A stretch of DNA of 64,000 nucleotides from Podarcis liolepis (GCA_965112155.1 OZ218105.1); one strand, 5' to 3'; shown: positions 11,676-25,249, numbered from the stretch's first letter. The notes: generated by a model not told the origin, from the sequence alone. Made by a program: numbers and translations.

Positions 11676-14105
11676 CTGCTCACCAACCTCCTCTTTGGCA
11701 TTGGCATCCCCACAGTTGCCATCCACAAGAACCACCTGAGAGCTATCATTGCATAGCAAGTTTTCTGCCACCTGGATATGGGGTTTTGGGAAAGAGATCT
11801 GCTCTTTCCTCATCTCTGACGATAGACAGAGTTGGTAGGAATAAGGTAAAGTTCCTTCTTCATAGTTTGGTGGAAATATGACCTGGGCCTTAGGAAAAGT
11901 ATTAGGTTCAAAGCATTGGAATAATTTGGGATTTCCTGATTGTCGAAGTTTCATGACAATGACCAGTATCACCGTCAGGAGGAATAAAAATGAGATCAAT
12001 GCCAAAGCCAACACCAAGTAAAACTGAAGGTCAGAATGATGTTCTGTGTCACTGGACTGCCTAGTCATTTCTGGAAGTGCCTCTTGGAAGTTCTCGGCAA
12101 CCACAAGGTTGAGGACCACAGTAGCTGAGAGCGGAGCCTTCCCATTGTCCTTCACCAAGATGACCAGCTTCTGTTTCACAGCATCTTTCTCCAGAAGGGC
12201 TCGTGACGTCCTGATCTCTCCCGTGTGGGTCCCAATGGTGAAGAGGGCCGGCTCCGTGGCCTGCAGCACTTGGTAGGAGAGCCAGGCATTGTGCCCAGAG
12301 TCTGCGTCCACAGCCACCACTTTGGTCACCAGGTATCCTGGCTCTGCCGAGTGAGGAACCATCTCAAACAAGGCAGAGCCCTCAACACCCGGGACAGGAT
12401 ACAGAACGCGAGGGCTGTTATCGTTCTGATCCAAAATGTACACCCACACGGTGGCATTGTTGCTGAGAGAGGGAGAGCCGCCATCTTGGGCCTTCACTTG
12501 GATCTGAAACTCCCTGAATTGCTCATAGTCAAAGGAGCGTTGTGCATAGATAGTTCCCGTCTCAGAGTTGATGGAGACGTAAGAGGAGAGAGGCAGCTCC
12601 TGCATGTTGCTGTTGAGGATGGAGTAAGTGATACGTGAGTTGCGGCCCAGATCCGGATCCGAGGCTTTGATGGAGAAAATGGAGGCACCTGAGGGATTGT
12701 TTTCTGGCACAAAGACACTGTAGGTTGATTTTTCAAAGGCAGGGGGGTTGTCATTGATATCTGAAATCTGCAGGGAGATGGTTTTGTTGGAGGAGAGAGG
12801 GGGGCTACCTTTGTCGGTGGCCGTGATTGTGATGTTGTATCCTGAGGCTTTTTCTCTGTCCAATGGACTGTCTGTGTGGATTTTGTAGTTATTCTTAGAT
12901 ATTGATGCTGTTTTAAATGGAACATTACTTTGTAAGTGGCAGGTAATTTTTCCGTTTTCTCCAGAATCCCTATCCTTTACGTTGATGAGAGCAATTACTG
13001 TTCCAGAAACAGAGTCTTCTGGAATCGGACTGGATAAGGAGGCCAGAATGATCTCTGGTGCATTGTCATTCTCATCTATAATCTTTATATCAACATTAGA
13101 GTGAGCCACTAATCCTCCTCCATCTCTGGCTTCAACGGTCATAGTGTACTTTTCTGTTTCCTCAAAGTCAAGAGCTTCCTTAATTGTAATTGTACCAATT
13201 TGTGGATCTAGTTCAAATATTTGGTGGGCTGTTTCTGGGATGTTATTAAAAATATAACTAATATCTGCATTTAGACCTTCATCCCTATCAGAGGCTTTTA
13301 CTTGGAGTACTGGGGACCCAACGGGGGAATTTTCCCTCAGGCTAACTGTATAAACTTCTTGAGTGAAGACTGGTGGGTTATCATTGGCATCTGTGATGTT
13401 AATCCATATCTGGGCAGTCCCAGTTTTTCTGGGTTCACCCCCATCCAAGGCCGTAAGAATCAACTGAAGCGAGTGCTCACTTTCCCGATCCAAAGGTTTC
13501 TGCAACACCAATTCTGCATATTTATGGCCATCTTCTCTCTGTCGAATCTCTAGAATGAAATAGTGATTTGAACTCAGCTGGTAATTTTGGAGAGAATTAA
13601 TCCCAATATCAGGATCTTGAGCTTTCCCAAGAAGAAATTTGGCACCTGGCAATGTGGATTCAATTATTTGAAGCCCAATATTGCCCTTTATGAATTGTGG
13701 GATGTTATCATTAATGTCCTGAATTGCTACACTTACATGGAAAACATTCAATGGCTTTTCAACCACAGCTTCAAAATCTATAATGCAGTGTGTGCTCTCT
13801 CTACACATCCCCTCACGATCTATCCTTTCATTTACATACAGGTTTCCATTTTCAGCATTGATAGTGAAATATGGCTTTTTACCTTCAGAAAGGATATGCA
13901 GGTTTCTGCTCTTCAGTTCTCTGGCATTCAGTCCCAGATCCTTGGCAAGATTTCCCACCAAAGACCCCTTTGCCATCTCCTCAGGGATGGAATAGTGAAC
14001 CTCTTCCAAAACTGCTCCACAAAACAAAGATGATAATATCAGAAGGGTAATATGCCTTCCTGGTGTTTGAAAGCTCTCTCCATGAAGGATTCCTCTTCTG
14101 TTCAT
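11676..14105 (-). CDS. PCDHGB: Protocadherin gamma-B-like variable exon, class X (X1; 810 codons)
   Basis: Six EC repeats; gamma-B-type motifs [42 protein letters not shown]; ATG 14105 is shared by paralogues; donor CAG|GTAAGC at 11676/11675. Confidence 0.92.
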
Positions 14106-14349
14106 TTTCCTCTTCTCTTTGATGAGCACAGGATTTCCGATTTCCACAAAGACAGGAGATTTTATTTTGCCCAGTAAAAAAAATAACTGGATCTTTTGGT
14201 TTAATTTGTATATGCTGCAGTGTTTTCTTTTTTCCCAGCTGAAACGTTTGCTCCAGCGTCTGCTGGTTTTCCCGATGTGCAGTTTGGGACAAAGAGATCT
14301 CTCTGCAGAAAGCATCAGTGCAACTTCAGCTGCCCATGGATTGCCGCCT

Positions 14350-14390
14350 TGTCCAACAGTGACACTGTGAGTCTGAAGCAGAGAACTGCA
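14350..14390 (-). promoter_or_regulatory. CSE/CTCF-like element of X1 (CACT core)
   Basis: Minus strand TGCAGTTCT-N15-AGTGTCACTGTTGGACA ~250 bp upstream of the ATG. Confidence 0.75.
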
Positions 14391-14791
14391 ATCTTTTCCC
14401 AGTGATTTTTCTCTCCTAATTCATGACATGGCATGGTGGTATTTATATTTAATGACTCAAACTACATTCTGATACAGGATATGTGAACCCTCTTCTGTTA
14501 TAAAGCAGAAATATTTGTGTTTTGTTTGTGTTATCTTTTCACTAGTATTACAGGTAAAAAATGAGTATTTGCAGTAAAGAACAAGCAATAAAAACACAGT
14601 ATAGAGTCATTTCCTCAATTTAAAGCACTTACAATTGTTACCAAGAATATCAATCTGTAAACCTCTTTATGAGAAAAATTGTATTACTCTAGTGGATTTC
14701 TCTATGAAGTGTTACGGTGTATAAAGAAAAAGACGATGGGAGAATTGAGGAAATTTTATTCAAGGTTTTAAAAACCTCCAAGGAAGGAGAG

Positions 14792-14905
14792 ATAGAATGA
14801 TGGAATCTTAGTGTTGGAAGTGACCCCAGGGGTCATCTATTCCCACCTCCGCAATGCAGGAATCTCAGTTAAAGCATCCATGGCAGATGGCCATCCAACC
14901 TCTGT
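14792..14905 (-). mobile_element. CR1 LINE 3'-end fragment
   Basis: ATAGAAT..GAATCTTAGTGTTGGAAGTGACCCCAGGGGTCATCTA...CAGATGGCCATCCAACCTCTG resembles the reverse complement of CR1 3' ends. Confidence 0.6.
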
Positions 14906-17331
14906 GTATAAATTGAATTAAGTGCAATTCAAGTGTTCAATGTGCTTTAAGTGTCTTCAGCTGGTGTAGTGTAAGAAACAGAATAGTAATGCAGTTTATG
15001 TCCTGCATTTGGCATGAACTCAGCAGGTTCCCTTAAGTAAGCCACACTTCCCTCAAGGCTCTTCCTGCAGTATGGGAATAATTGCACTAATACTATATAA
15101 TATTATAATATATATATTATACTTATATATATTATAAGTAATGTTGCTGTTCTGACAAATCCTGGATATTTGAGGATCTTTACTCAGCTTTAGCTCCAGA
15201 CTTAGCCTGCAAACTTTTGCACTGCGCTGGTGGTGGTAGGGTTTGGATTGGTTGGAGCTGTTCCTCAGCCAAGCCCTACCAGCCTCTAGTGGCCTCTACC
15301 CACAGGGGGTCACTCTGCTGCGGCAGAATTGCCTGTTCCCTCTGCCAAATGTATGCTTGGTCATGCCAGTGGGATCTCCACTCATGGCAGCTGACGAAAA
15401 ATTCTGAAAGGGGACAAGGACAGGGAGAGACAGGAACCAGTCCCACTACTGTCCCGTGGTGGCACTGGGCCTGATGTGGGTCTAAGTGAGGTGCCCCTCC
15501 ACCTTCTGCCCAGACCAGCAGCAATGCTGCGGATGTGACAGTGGTCTCTTTGCTCTGTTATGCCTCACGACACCCAAGCCAGGATTTGGATAACAGCCTT
15601 AGTCATGGTATAGCTGATCCACAAAAATCAATGTGGTTTAACTCAGTAATAGCTCACTTGTCAAGTTGATTTCAATGCTTCGACTCTATGTATGGCCAAG
15701 TCTGGATCCAGCCCACTATATACATAACCCTAAATAATCCAAGATAGCCACAATTCACATTTCTTCAGCAAAAGCAGTCTCTAAGCAGTTTACAACTATA
15801 AAATAAATATGATCAACTAGTTGTGCATAAAGGGCTTTAATGTATCTCCAGCTAAATAATCAATATCCACGCTCTACTCTAGAAGACCACTGCCGATTAG
15901 TCTTGACCTAGTGGTGGATTTTATATCACGCATACTGAAACATGATTGAACTACACAATACAGGTAAAAAGTGTGGTCCATGTTTGCTTCCACACCCCAG
16001 CATGAAGCCAGACACAGTGGATGGATTTGACTATGTGCCACAACTTATTTATTTACAAGTCTGGTCTACATATGATTAAATTATACTACTTCTACAACCT
16101 CAGTGATGACATACTTAATGCCAAGATGGAGGCTAGGAACTATCTTTTCTGCCAGGCACATTAAACAGTTGTCGCCATTCTGGGTCCAAGTATTGGATCA
16201 ATATTGAAACTGGTCTTTTCTCTTCAGTGCCCTCCTCCGCAGCTCCACTGAGTGCAAATGAGGACCTTTAGGTATCATCAGCCCTGAGCCAGTAAGTCAA
16301 TGAGGTCATCAGTACAGACGAATAATTGCCATGACCAGATTCTCCCAAATTAGTAAGAATACCATGGAGGTTGGTTTGGGTAACTCTCCTTTCAGGTCTT
16401 GGGCTGCTCACTATAGGATTCTTATGTTTTCTAACCTACTTGTTAGTACTACTAACCACTTGCCAGTTGTGGCACATTTAAAAAGAATGGCTGGGGTCGA
16501 ATTACAGCCAGTCTTTAATTATTGACTGCCTAGCAGATGAGAAAGCTCCTGTCATTCATCCTCTCATTCGGCCAATTTAGCAACAAGAACAAAATACTAC
16601 CATTCAGCCCCAACTGGGAACTGATAGATCCTGCCTTGTTTGAAGCTAGAAGGAGAAGGCCAGATACTGCCATGCCAAACAGAGGCATAGAGAATGGTGC
16701 CACCATGCCCACGCCAACTGTCCACAGAGGCAGCGTTGAGAACATGCTGCACAATTTACACCTCCAAAAGATTAAAGTAAAAGCATCTTCTGTGGAGTTC
16801 AAAGATACACATAAAAAGGTTGCATCCACATTACACATGACCTGCTACATTAAAACAATGGGTTAAGCATTGCATCCAGTGCTCAATTAAATACCAACAA
16901 TTTGATCAGTGAAATCCAATCTGCACTGTTAAATGAAACAGGGAAACTCTAGATCCGAACCATGATGTCAAAGTACTTTGTACAATGTTCTTCAACATGA
17001 AGCACAAGTAGCCTATTCAGACTTTTGTAAGGACTCTAGTATATCCGAAATTAAAATCATTTTAGACCTAGTGAAGCCATATCATATTATTTTAAATCCA
17101 AGTAGCTACAATGCACTACTGGTGAAAAATGATACATTGTACTCCAATAATTGAATGTTGTAGTTGACCATTCTTGATTCAAAAGGAAAGAAAGAAGGGG
17201 GCTATGATCATAAAATAGAAGCATCAGCACATTGCTCCCACCCCATGTCATGAAATGATCAGAAAATAATTATCTTCCTCATTTACTATATTATTTAATG
17301 TTCAAGCTACTTATGCTGGAAAGCTGGAATA

Positions 17332-17582
17332 CAATTGTACTTTGGATCCTGAACACCCTGGAACTCGGAGGTTTTGTCTCCTGAATGCCGCAAACCCGGA
17401 AGTGATTGTTCCGGTTTGCATACATTTTTTTGGAACCCGAATGTCCAATGGGGGTTCTGAGACTTCTGATTGGCTGCAGGAGCTTCCTGCATCCAATCTG
17501 AAGCAACAATTTGGGTTTCAAAGGTTTTGGAAGTCAAATGGACTTCCAGAATGGATTCTGTTTGACTTCCAAGGTAGGACTG
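17332..17582. mobile_element. Degenerate Tc1/mariner(pogo)-type MITE
   Basis: Imperfect TIRs (CAATTGTACTTTGGA / TCCAAGGTAGGACTG), left TA, internal palindromes (GCAAACCCGGAA..TTCCGGTTTGC; GATTGG.TGCAGGAGCTTCCTGCA.CCAATC). Confidence 0.5.
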
Positions 17583-17771
17583 CACAATCTGGGAGTAAGC
17601 CCTATTGAACTCAATAGCACACAACTGCCATACAGAAAGAAGTATACCTTCTCAATTATATAATAAAAACGCCGGCACATTCCACACCCACTCATAAGAT
17701 TAAATAAGCAATATATATATCCATTTCACTTCATTTAATTTCATGTTCCCACTATTCAAATTCCAAAGCTT

Positions 17772-17851
17772 AAATCCTAAGCACTCTTACCTGACAGAAA
17801 GTCACACTGAATTCAACAGGACTCACATCTGGGTAGATATGGTTAGGATTG
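17772..17851. repeat. Short quasi-palindromic interspersed repeat (related copy ~54454-54529)
   Basis: AATCCTAA...TGAATTCA...TTAGGATT symmetry; resembles a short repeat common in lizard genomes. Confidence 0.5.
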
Positions 17852-18092
17852 AACTAGAAATCTCAAAATGCAATGGAGAAAATAGACTATACCTGCAACA
17901 GGTAGTTTAGCCTCAGCTGTTTACTATATATAAAGAAGATGATGATTCATGAATCTAGATGGAAAATTAACTAAAGACTGAAAAATGAAAAGGCAAGTAC
18001 ATATGATGTATAAAAGGTTGTATTGAAATGTCACTTAACGGTAAAGAACTACAGAGTGTACCATGCATGTAACTGCAGAGAACAAATCTTAC

Positions 18093-20513
18093 CTCTTCAC
18101 CATTCGCCATCTCAGACTGAAAATTGTTTCCTTCATTGCCTGTAAAAGGAACACTAGGTTTCTCACTGCTAAGAATATTGTCTACCATCTGAGCACTGGG
18201 TGTCAGGAAGGCAAACTCATTCTTCCTGGTCTCAGAAGACAGACACAGCTGGTAGGAATAGGGCAAAGTCCCATCTTCAAAGTTGGGTGGGAAGATGGCA
18301 CCATTCTTGGAATGGGGAACAGGACCAAAGCACTGTAGGAACCTGGGATGCCCTGATTGACGGAGCTTCATTGTAACGGCCAGAATCACGGTCAAGAGGA
18401 ACAAGAAGGAGATCACAGCTAAGGCCAGCACCAAGTAGAACTGCAGGTCAGACTGATACTCCGAGCTGCTGGGTTGGCTCTTCATTTCCGGAAGGGCCTC
18501 CTGAAAGTTCTCAGCAAACACCAGGTTCAGAGTCATGGTGGCCGAGAGAGACGGCTGTCCGTTATCCTTCACTATAATGATCAGTCTCTGTTTCACAGCG
18601 TCTCTCTCCACAAAGGCCCTGGCGGTCCTGATCTCTCCAGTATGAGAACCAACCGTGAAGAGTGCCGGCTCAGTGGCCTGAGTCAGGTGGTAGGAGAGCC
18701 AGGCATTGTGTCCAGAATCTGCATCCACGGCCACCACCTTGGTGACAAGATAATCTGCCTCGGCCGAACGAGGCACCATCTCAAACAAGGCTGAGCCCTT
18801 GGCTTCTTGTGAGGGGGACAGGATACGAGGGCTGTTATCATTCCTGTCAAGAACAAACACCCTGATGGTCACATTGCTGCTGAGAGGGGGAGAACCCCCA
18901 TCTTGGGCCTTCACTTGCAGCCGGAACTCTCTGAATTGTTCATAGTCAAAGGATCTCTGGGCATAGATGGTGCCAGTCTCTGAATTAATGGAGATATAGG
19001 AGGAGATGGGAAACTCCTCAATGTTGCTGTTGAGGATGGAGTATGTGATCCGTGAGTTCTGGTCCGTATCAGGATCCGAAGCTTTGATGGTGAAAATGGA
19101 GGCACCTGAAGGATTGTTTTCTGGCACATAGATGTTGTAGGATGGTTTCTGAAAAGTAGGGGCATTATCATTGATATCCGAAACCTGTAGTGAGATTGTT
19201 TTGTGTGTGGAAAGAGGCGGAGTTCCTTTGTCAGTGGCTGTGATTGTAATATTATATGCAGGAGTTTTTTCTCTGTCCAAAAGGCTGACTGTCAGAAGTT
19301 TGTAGAAATTGTTAGATGAGGAAATAATCTTGAAGGGCAAATCACTGTTTAAATAGCAGGTAACTTTTCCATTATCACCGGCATCTTTGTCATTTACATT
19401 GATCAGAGCAATTAAGGTTCCAGATGGTGAATCTTCAGGAACAGGGCTGAACATGGAGGTTAAGGTCACATCCGGGGCATTATCATTCTCATCAAGAACC
19501 CTTATCTCAATATTGCAATGAGTCACCAATCCTCCGCCATCTTTTGCAGCAACCGTCATAGTATATTCATCGTTGTCCTCAAAATCCAGTCGCTCCAAGA
19601 GGGTGATTATGCCAGCAATGGGATCTAGACTGAATTTCTCTTGGGAAGTTGCTGGTATGTTGCTGAAATGATACCTGATTTGGGCATTTGTACCATCATC
19701 ATCATCAGAGGCTATGACCTGGAGCACCGTGGATCCAATAGGAGCATTTTCACTCAAACTGACCTTGTACACCTCTTGAGTGAAAATGGGAGGGTTGTCA
19801 TTGGCATCGGTGATATTAATCCGTATCTGGGCTGTTCCAGTTTTTCTAGGCTCACCCCCATCCATTGCGGTAAGTACTAAGTGAAGGGTTTGTTCTTTTT
19901 CCCGATCCAAAGATTTCTGCAACACCAATTCTGCATATTTATTTCCATCTTTTCTCTCTCTAACTTCCAAATTGAAGTACTGATTGGAGCTCAGCTGGTA
20001 ATCCTGTAGGGCGTTCATCCCAATGTCAGGATCTTCCGCTTTCCCAAGGAGAAATCGAGTGCCTAGTAAAGTGGATTCAAGGATCTCTAAATTGATATTG
20101 CTATTCAGGAACTGGGGCGCATTATCATTAATATCCTGGATTTCTACTGTTACATGGAAAACATTCAGCGGGTTTTCCACCACAACTTCAAACTGAACAA
20201 AGCAAAGTGGATTTTTGCCACATATCCCCTCCCTATCAATCCTGTCATTTACATAGAGGTTTCCATTCTCTGCATTGATACTGAAATGCTGCATTTTAGC
20301 CACAGACACAGTGTGCAGATTGCGATGTTTTAGTTCTTTGGCGCTCAGTCCCAGGTCCTTGGCGAGGTTCCCCACAACGGAACCCTTTGCCATCTCCTCA
20401 GGGGTTGAATAATGAATCTGCTCTGATGCAGCCCAACAGGTAAAAGACAAGAGAGAGAGAAGCAGTACTTGCCTTGTGAGTGCCCTGCCATTCCCTGGGT
20501 GCCTTCTCTCCAT
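18093..20513 (-). CDS. PCDHGB: Protocadherin gamma-B-like variable exon, class Y (Y1; 807 codons)
   Basis: Intact ORF with six EC repeats, TM and gamma-B motifs; donor GAG|GTAAGA at 18093/18092. Confidence 0.92.
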
Positions 20514-20785
20514 CTGGCTGGTTCTCTCAAAAACAGGCTGCTTCCTTTTCTCAGTTTCCTATGCTCAAGCTCTCACAGTGATGAAGGAAACAACATGAGG
20601 TATCACTGAGGAAGAATAAATTTCCCTTGTTCTTATAGGTGTTCAAAGCAAAAGAGATTTTTCCTTCTCTGCAAGAGTTCCCTGTCTCTGTGCTCTTCAG
20701 CTGGCCTGATCTGAACAACAGTGATGGGAGTTACTGCAGTCTAGGAAGCATCAATGGATCTCTGTCCTCTCTCTGGCTCTCATAC

Positions 20786-20826
20786 TGGCCAACACTGACA
20801 CTTAGAGGACCACTCAAGGAACTGCA
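20786..20826 (-). promoter_or_regulatory. CSE/CTCF-like element of Y1 (CAGT core)
   Basis: TGCAGTTCCTTGAGTGGTCCTCTAAGTGTCAGTGTTGGCCA on the minus strand. Confidence 0.75.
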
Positions 20827-22580
20827 AGGAAAACCATGTTGTGCAATGTACAGTACTTTCCCTTTAGCAAATTTCAAGTTATTTGCTTTCAGTTTGTACA
20901 CATTAAAGCAACAGCTCCTCTGATTGCTGCGCATAACAGGTCACAAGACTCAAAACCCAGTCTGGAGATATACAGCCTCTTGAAAACATGTTTTGCCTTG
21001 ATGTCTGTCCCACTGAAATTGAACCCTGTTGAATGGAAGCTACATAGCCAAGAGATCACCAGCAGAGCATTGCCTCACTTTAACACGCTTATAGTCCTTT
21101 GTCCACCAGTCTATCACACAACATCAGGACACACAATTCCTTTCATTAAAATGTAACAACATAAGAAGAGCCTTGATGGATCAGACCCAAGGCCTTTCTT
21201 GTTAAGCAACTTGTCTCCCACTGTGGCATTTGGAGGCCTCCTACTTCTAGTTAGCACGACTTGCGGCCACCATGAAGTTGTCTATAAGGCATCCAAGTTA
21301 GTGGCCATCACAGCTTTTTGTGGGAGCAATTCCCATAAGTTATTTATTTATTAAAATGTGTAAAGTATGTGTGATTGTTCTGTATAAATAAAAATAATGG
21401 CTGGATACAAGTTTCAATAGTTTTATATTATACACTCAAAGAAAGCATACCGATTTATAAAGTTTCTAACAGTGTGTGTGCGTCTGTATTATCTTGAACC
21501 TTATTGTGCAAATTAAGTATGAAAATGTTGTATTTTTCCACAACAATGTTATCAGTCTCCGCACTTTGACTCTTACCATATTCATTAGTTTAACCATAGA
21601 TAATATGTCCCATACTCCACTCCTGTAAAGCTGGTGTTCTTAACCAGACACTCCACTCAACTTATACCAAATAGTTGTTCTTGCTATAGTTAACAAGTCT
21701 TGGACTACTACTCTGCTAGTATTAAACCCTTAATACAACTGAATAAAACAATCAGAATAACCGTTGATAAAGTGTATCCTGTTATTGTTTCAGCTTCCCT
21801 TATTATATCCACCTGGAACCTTTCATTTCAGGACATGCCCCACAAAAATGTTGCTTCCTAGCACTGGTTGCCTTGCACCTCCCACTTAAATTACTTGCTG
21901 TCCTGTAGATGTGGTTGAAATGTGGCACTGGCAGGACCATATCGCTTCTCCCTTGTCTTTGATCTATACTAAATATTTTAAGCATTGTATTTTCTCCGAA
22001 TAAAGAAGTTGTTCCACCCACTTGACCATCTTAGTTGCGCTTTTCTGAGCATTCTGCATTTCATACAAGTTCTTTGTATGTAAATCTTCCAGAGAAGTTC
22101 AAAACACTCCAAAAGATCTACTATGAACAAATAGGAAGCATTCATGTTTTACACATTTTTCAGTTAACTCGAATCAGAACAGGATGAATAAACTATGTGA
22201 GTGAACGAAGTAAAAATCCACATATCTAACCTCTAGGAGGAACTAAAAAATAACTACTGTATATAATGATGGTGATATTTTAATAATCTACAGGAAGAAA
22301 ATTACAAGGAGGAAGAACAGGATATAAATTCCATAATTCATGAAGACTCACCTGAACGTCATTTTCAGACTTAGCCTCTGTCATTGCAATTTGTAGACTA
22401 CTTGTAAAAAAAGTTTTCTACAGTCTGAACAACTGGTGCTAGTAATATAATTTGATTTTTTTTAGTTCTCTCATTTAGCAAATTAGGCAGTTAAGAGGAA
22501 GACAGCTAAAAATACTAGTTATGCTCATACAAGGAACAAGGTTGTGATGCCAACATCACAGTTTCTGAAACAAAGCTTAC

Positions 22581-25004
22581 CTGCTCACCAACCTCCTCTT
22601 TGGCATTGGCATCCCCACAGTTGCCATCCACAAGAACCACCTGAGAGCTATCATTGCATAGCAAGTTTTCTGCCACCTGGATATGGGGTTTCGGGAAAGA
22701 GATCTGCTCTTTCCTCATCTCTGACGATAGGCAGAGTTGGTAGGAATAAGGTAAAGTTCCTTCTTCATAGTTTGGTGGAAATATGACCTGGGCCTTAGTA
22801 TTAGGTTCAAAGCATTGGAATAATTTGGGATTTCCTGATTGTCGAAGTTTCATGACAATGACCAGTATCACCGTCAGGAGGAATAAAAATGAGATCAATG
22901 CCAAAGCCAGCACCAAGTAAAACTGAAGGTCAGAATGATGTTCTGTGTCACTGGACTGCCTAGTCATTTCCGGAAGTGCCTCTTGGAAGTTCTCGGCAAC
23001 CACGAGGTTGAGGACCACAGTAGCTGAGAGCGGAGCCTTCCCATTGTCCTTCACCAAGATGACCAGCTTCTGTTTCACAGCATCTTTCTCCAGAAGGGCT
23101 CGTGATGTCCTGATCTCTCCCGTGTGGGTCCCAATGGTGAAGAGGGCCGGCTCCGTGGCCTGCAGCACTTGGTAGGAGAGCCAGGCATTGTGCCCAGAGT
23201 CCGCGTCCACAGCCACCACTTTGGTCACTAGGTAGCCTGGCTCTGCTGAGTGAGGAACCATCTCAAACAAGGCAGAGCCCTCAGCACCCGGGACAGGATA
23301 CAGAACGCGAGGGCGGTTATCGTTCTGGTCCAAAATGTACACCCACACGGTGGCATTGTTGCTGAGAGAGGGAGAGCCACCATCTTGGGCCTTCACTTGG
23401 ATGTGAAACTCCCTGAATTGCTCATAGTCAAAGGAGCGCTGTGCATAGATAGTTCCCGTCTCAGAGTTGATGGAGACGTAAGAGGAGAGAGGCAGCTCCT
23501 CCATGTTGCTGTTGAGGATGGAGTAAGTGATACGTGAGTTGCGGTCCAGATCCGGGTCCGAGGCTTTGATGGAGAAAATGGAGGCACCTGAGGGATTATT
23601 TTCAGGCACAAAGACACTGTAGGTTGATTTTTCAAAGGCAGGGGGGTTGTCATTGATGTCTGAAATCTGCAGGGAGATGGTTTTGTTGGAGGAGAGAGGG
23701 GGGCTACCTTTGTCAGTGGCCGTGATTGTGATGTTGTATCCTGAGGCTTTTTCTCTGTCCAAAGGACTGTCTGTGAGGATTTTATAGTAGTTCTTTGAAG
23801 TTGACACTATTTGAAATGGTACATTACCTTGTAGATGGCATGTAAGTTTTCCATTTTCTCCAGAATCTTTATCCTTTACGTTGATGAGAGCAATTAGTGT
23901 TCCAGAAGCAGAGTCTTCAGGAACTGGACTAGATAAGGAGGCCAGAATGATCTCTGGAGCATTGTCATTTTCATCTAGAATCTTTATATTGACATTACAA
24001 TGAGCCACTAATCCTCCTCCATCTCTTGCTTCAACCGTCATAGTGTACTTCTCTGTTTCCTCAAAGTCAAGAGCTTCCTTAATTGTAATTGTTCCATTTT
24101 GTGGAAATAGGTCAAATTTTTGGTAGGCTCTTTTAGGAATATTACTAAATGTATAATGAATTTGGGCATTTAGACCTTCATCCCTATCAGAGGCTTTTAC
24201 TTGGAGTATTGGGGACCCCACAGGAGAATTTTCCCTCAGGCTAACTGTATAAACCTCTTGAGTGAAGACTGGTGGGTTGTCATTGGCATCTGTGACGTTA
24301 ATCCATATCTGGGCAGTCCCAGTTTTTCTGGGCTCACCCCCATCCAGGGCCGTAAGGATCAACTGAAGGGAGTGATCACTTTCCCGATCCAAATATTTTT
24401 GCAACACCAATTCTGCATATTTATGGCCATCTTCTCCCTGTCGAATCTCTAGAATGAAATAGTGATTTGGACTTAGCTGGTAATTCTGGAGAGAATTAGT
24501 CCCAATATCAGGATCTTCCGCTTTCCCAGTATGAAATCTTGTACCTGGTAATGTGGATTCAACAATTTCAAGCCTCATGATTTCATTTAAGAACTGTGGC
24601 AAATTATCATTAATGTCCTGAATTGCTACAATAATATGGAAAACATTCAAAGGATTTTCAACCACAGCTTCAAAATTAATCAGACAGTGTACACTCTCCC
24701 CACATATTTCCTCACGATCTATCCTTTCATTTACATACAGGTTTCCATTTTGTGCACTGATAGTGAAATATGGCTTTTTACCTTCAGAAAGGATATGCAG
24801 GTTTCTGCTCTTCAGTTCTCTGGCATTCAGTCCCAGATCCTTGGCAAGATTTCCCACCAAAGACCCCTTTGCCATCTCCTCAGGAATGGAATAGTTAACC
24901 TCTTCCAAAACTGCTCCACAAAACAAAGATGATAATATCAGAAGTGTTATATGCCTTCCTGATGTTTGAAAGCTCTCTCCATGAAGGATTCCTCTCATAT
25001 TCAT
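22581..25004 (-). CDS. PCDHGB: Protocadherin gamma-B-like variable exon, class X (X2; 808 codons, 2-aa cytoplasmic deletion)
   Basis: Intact ORF; ORF-track start is GTG, first ATG 25004; donor CAG|GTAAGC at 22581/22580; EPNTKAQ vs EPNTFPKAQ. Confidence 0.92.
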
Positions 25005-25249
25005 TTTCCTCTTCTCTTTGATGAGCACAGGATTTCAGATTTCCACCAAGACAGGATATTTTTTTGCCCAGTAAAAAAAGAATTGGATCCTTTGGCTTAA
25101 TTTGTATATGCTGCAGTGTTTTCTTTTTTCTTTCTCAGCTGAAACGTTTGTTCCAGCGTCTGCTGGTATTCCCGATGTGCAGTTTGGGACAAAGAGATCT
25201 CTCTGCAGAAAGCATCAGTGGAACTTCAGCTGCCCTTGGATTGCCGCCT

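Noticed and set aside
16537-16866. ~100-109-aa plus-strand ORF (MRKLLSF...) recurring at 16537, 27201 and 52027
   Set aside because: Recurrence follows spacer duplication; the copies have indels and different C-termini and no recognisable domain.
17785-17793. Strong donor-like CAG|GTAAGA ~300 nt downstream of Y1
   Set aside because: Lies in a short interspersed repeat and is not retained in the related copy near Y4.
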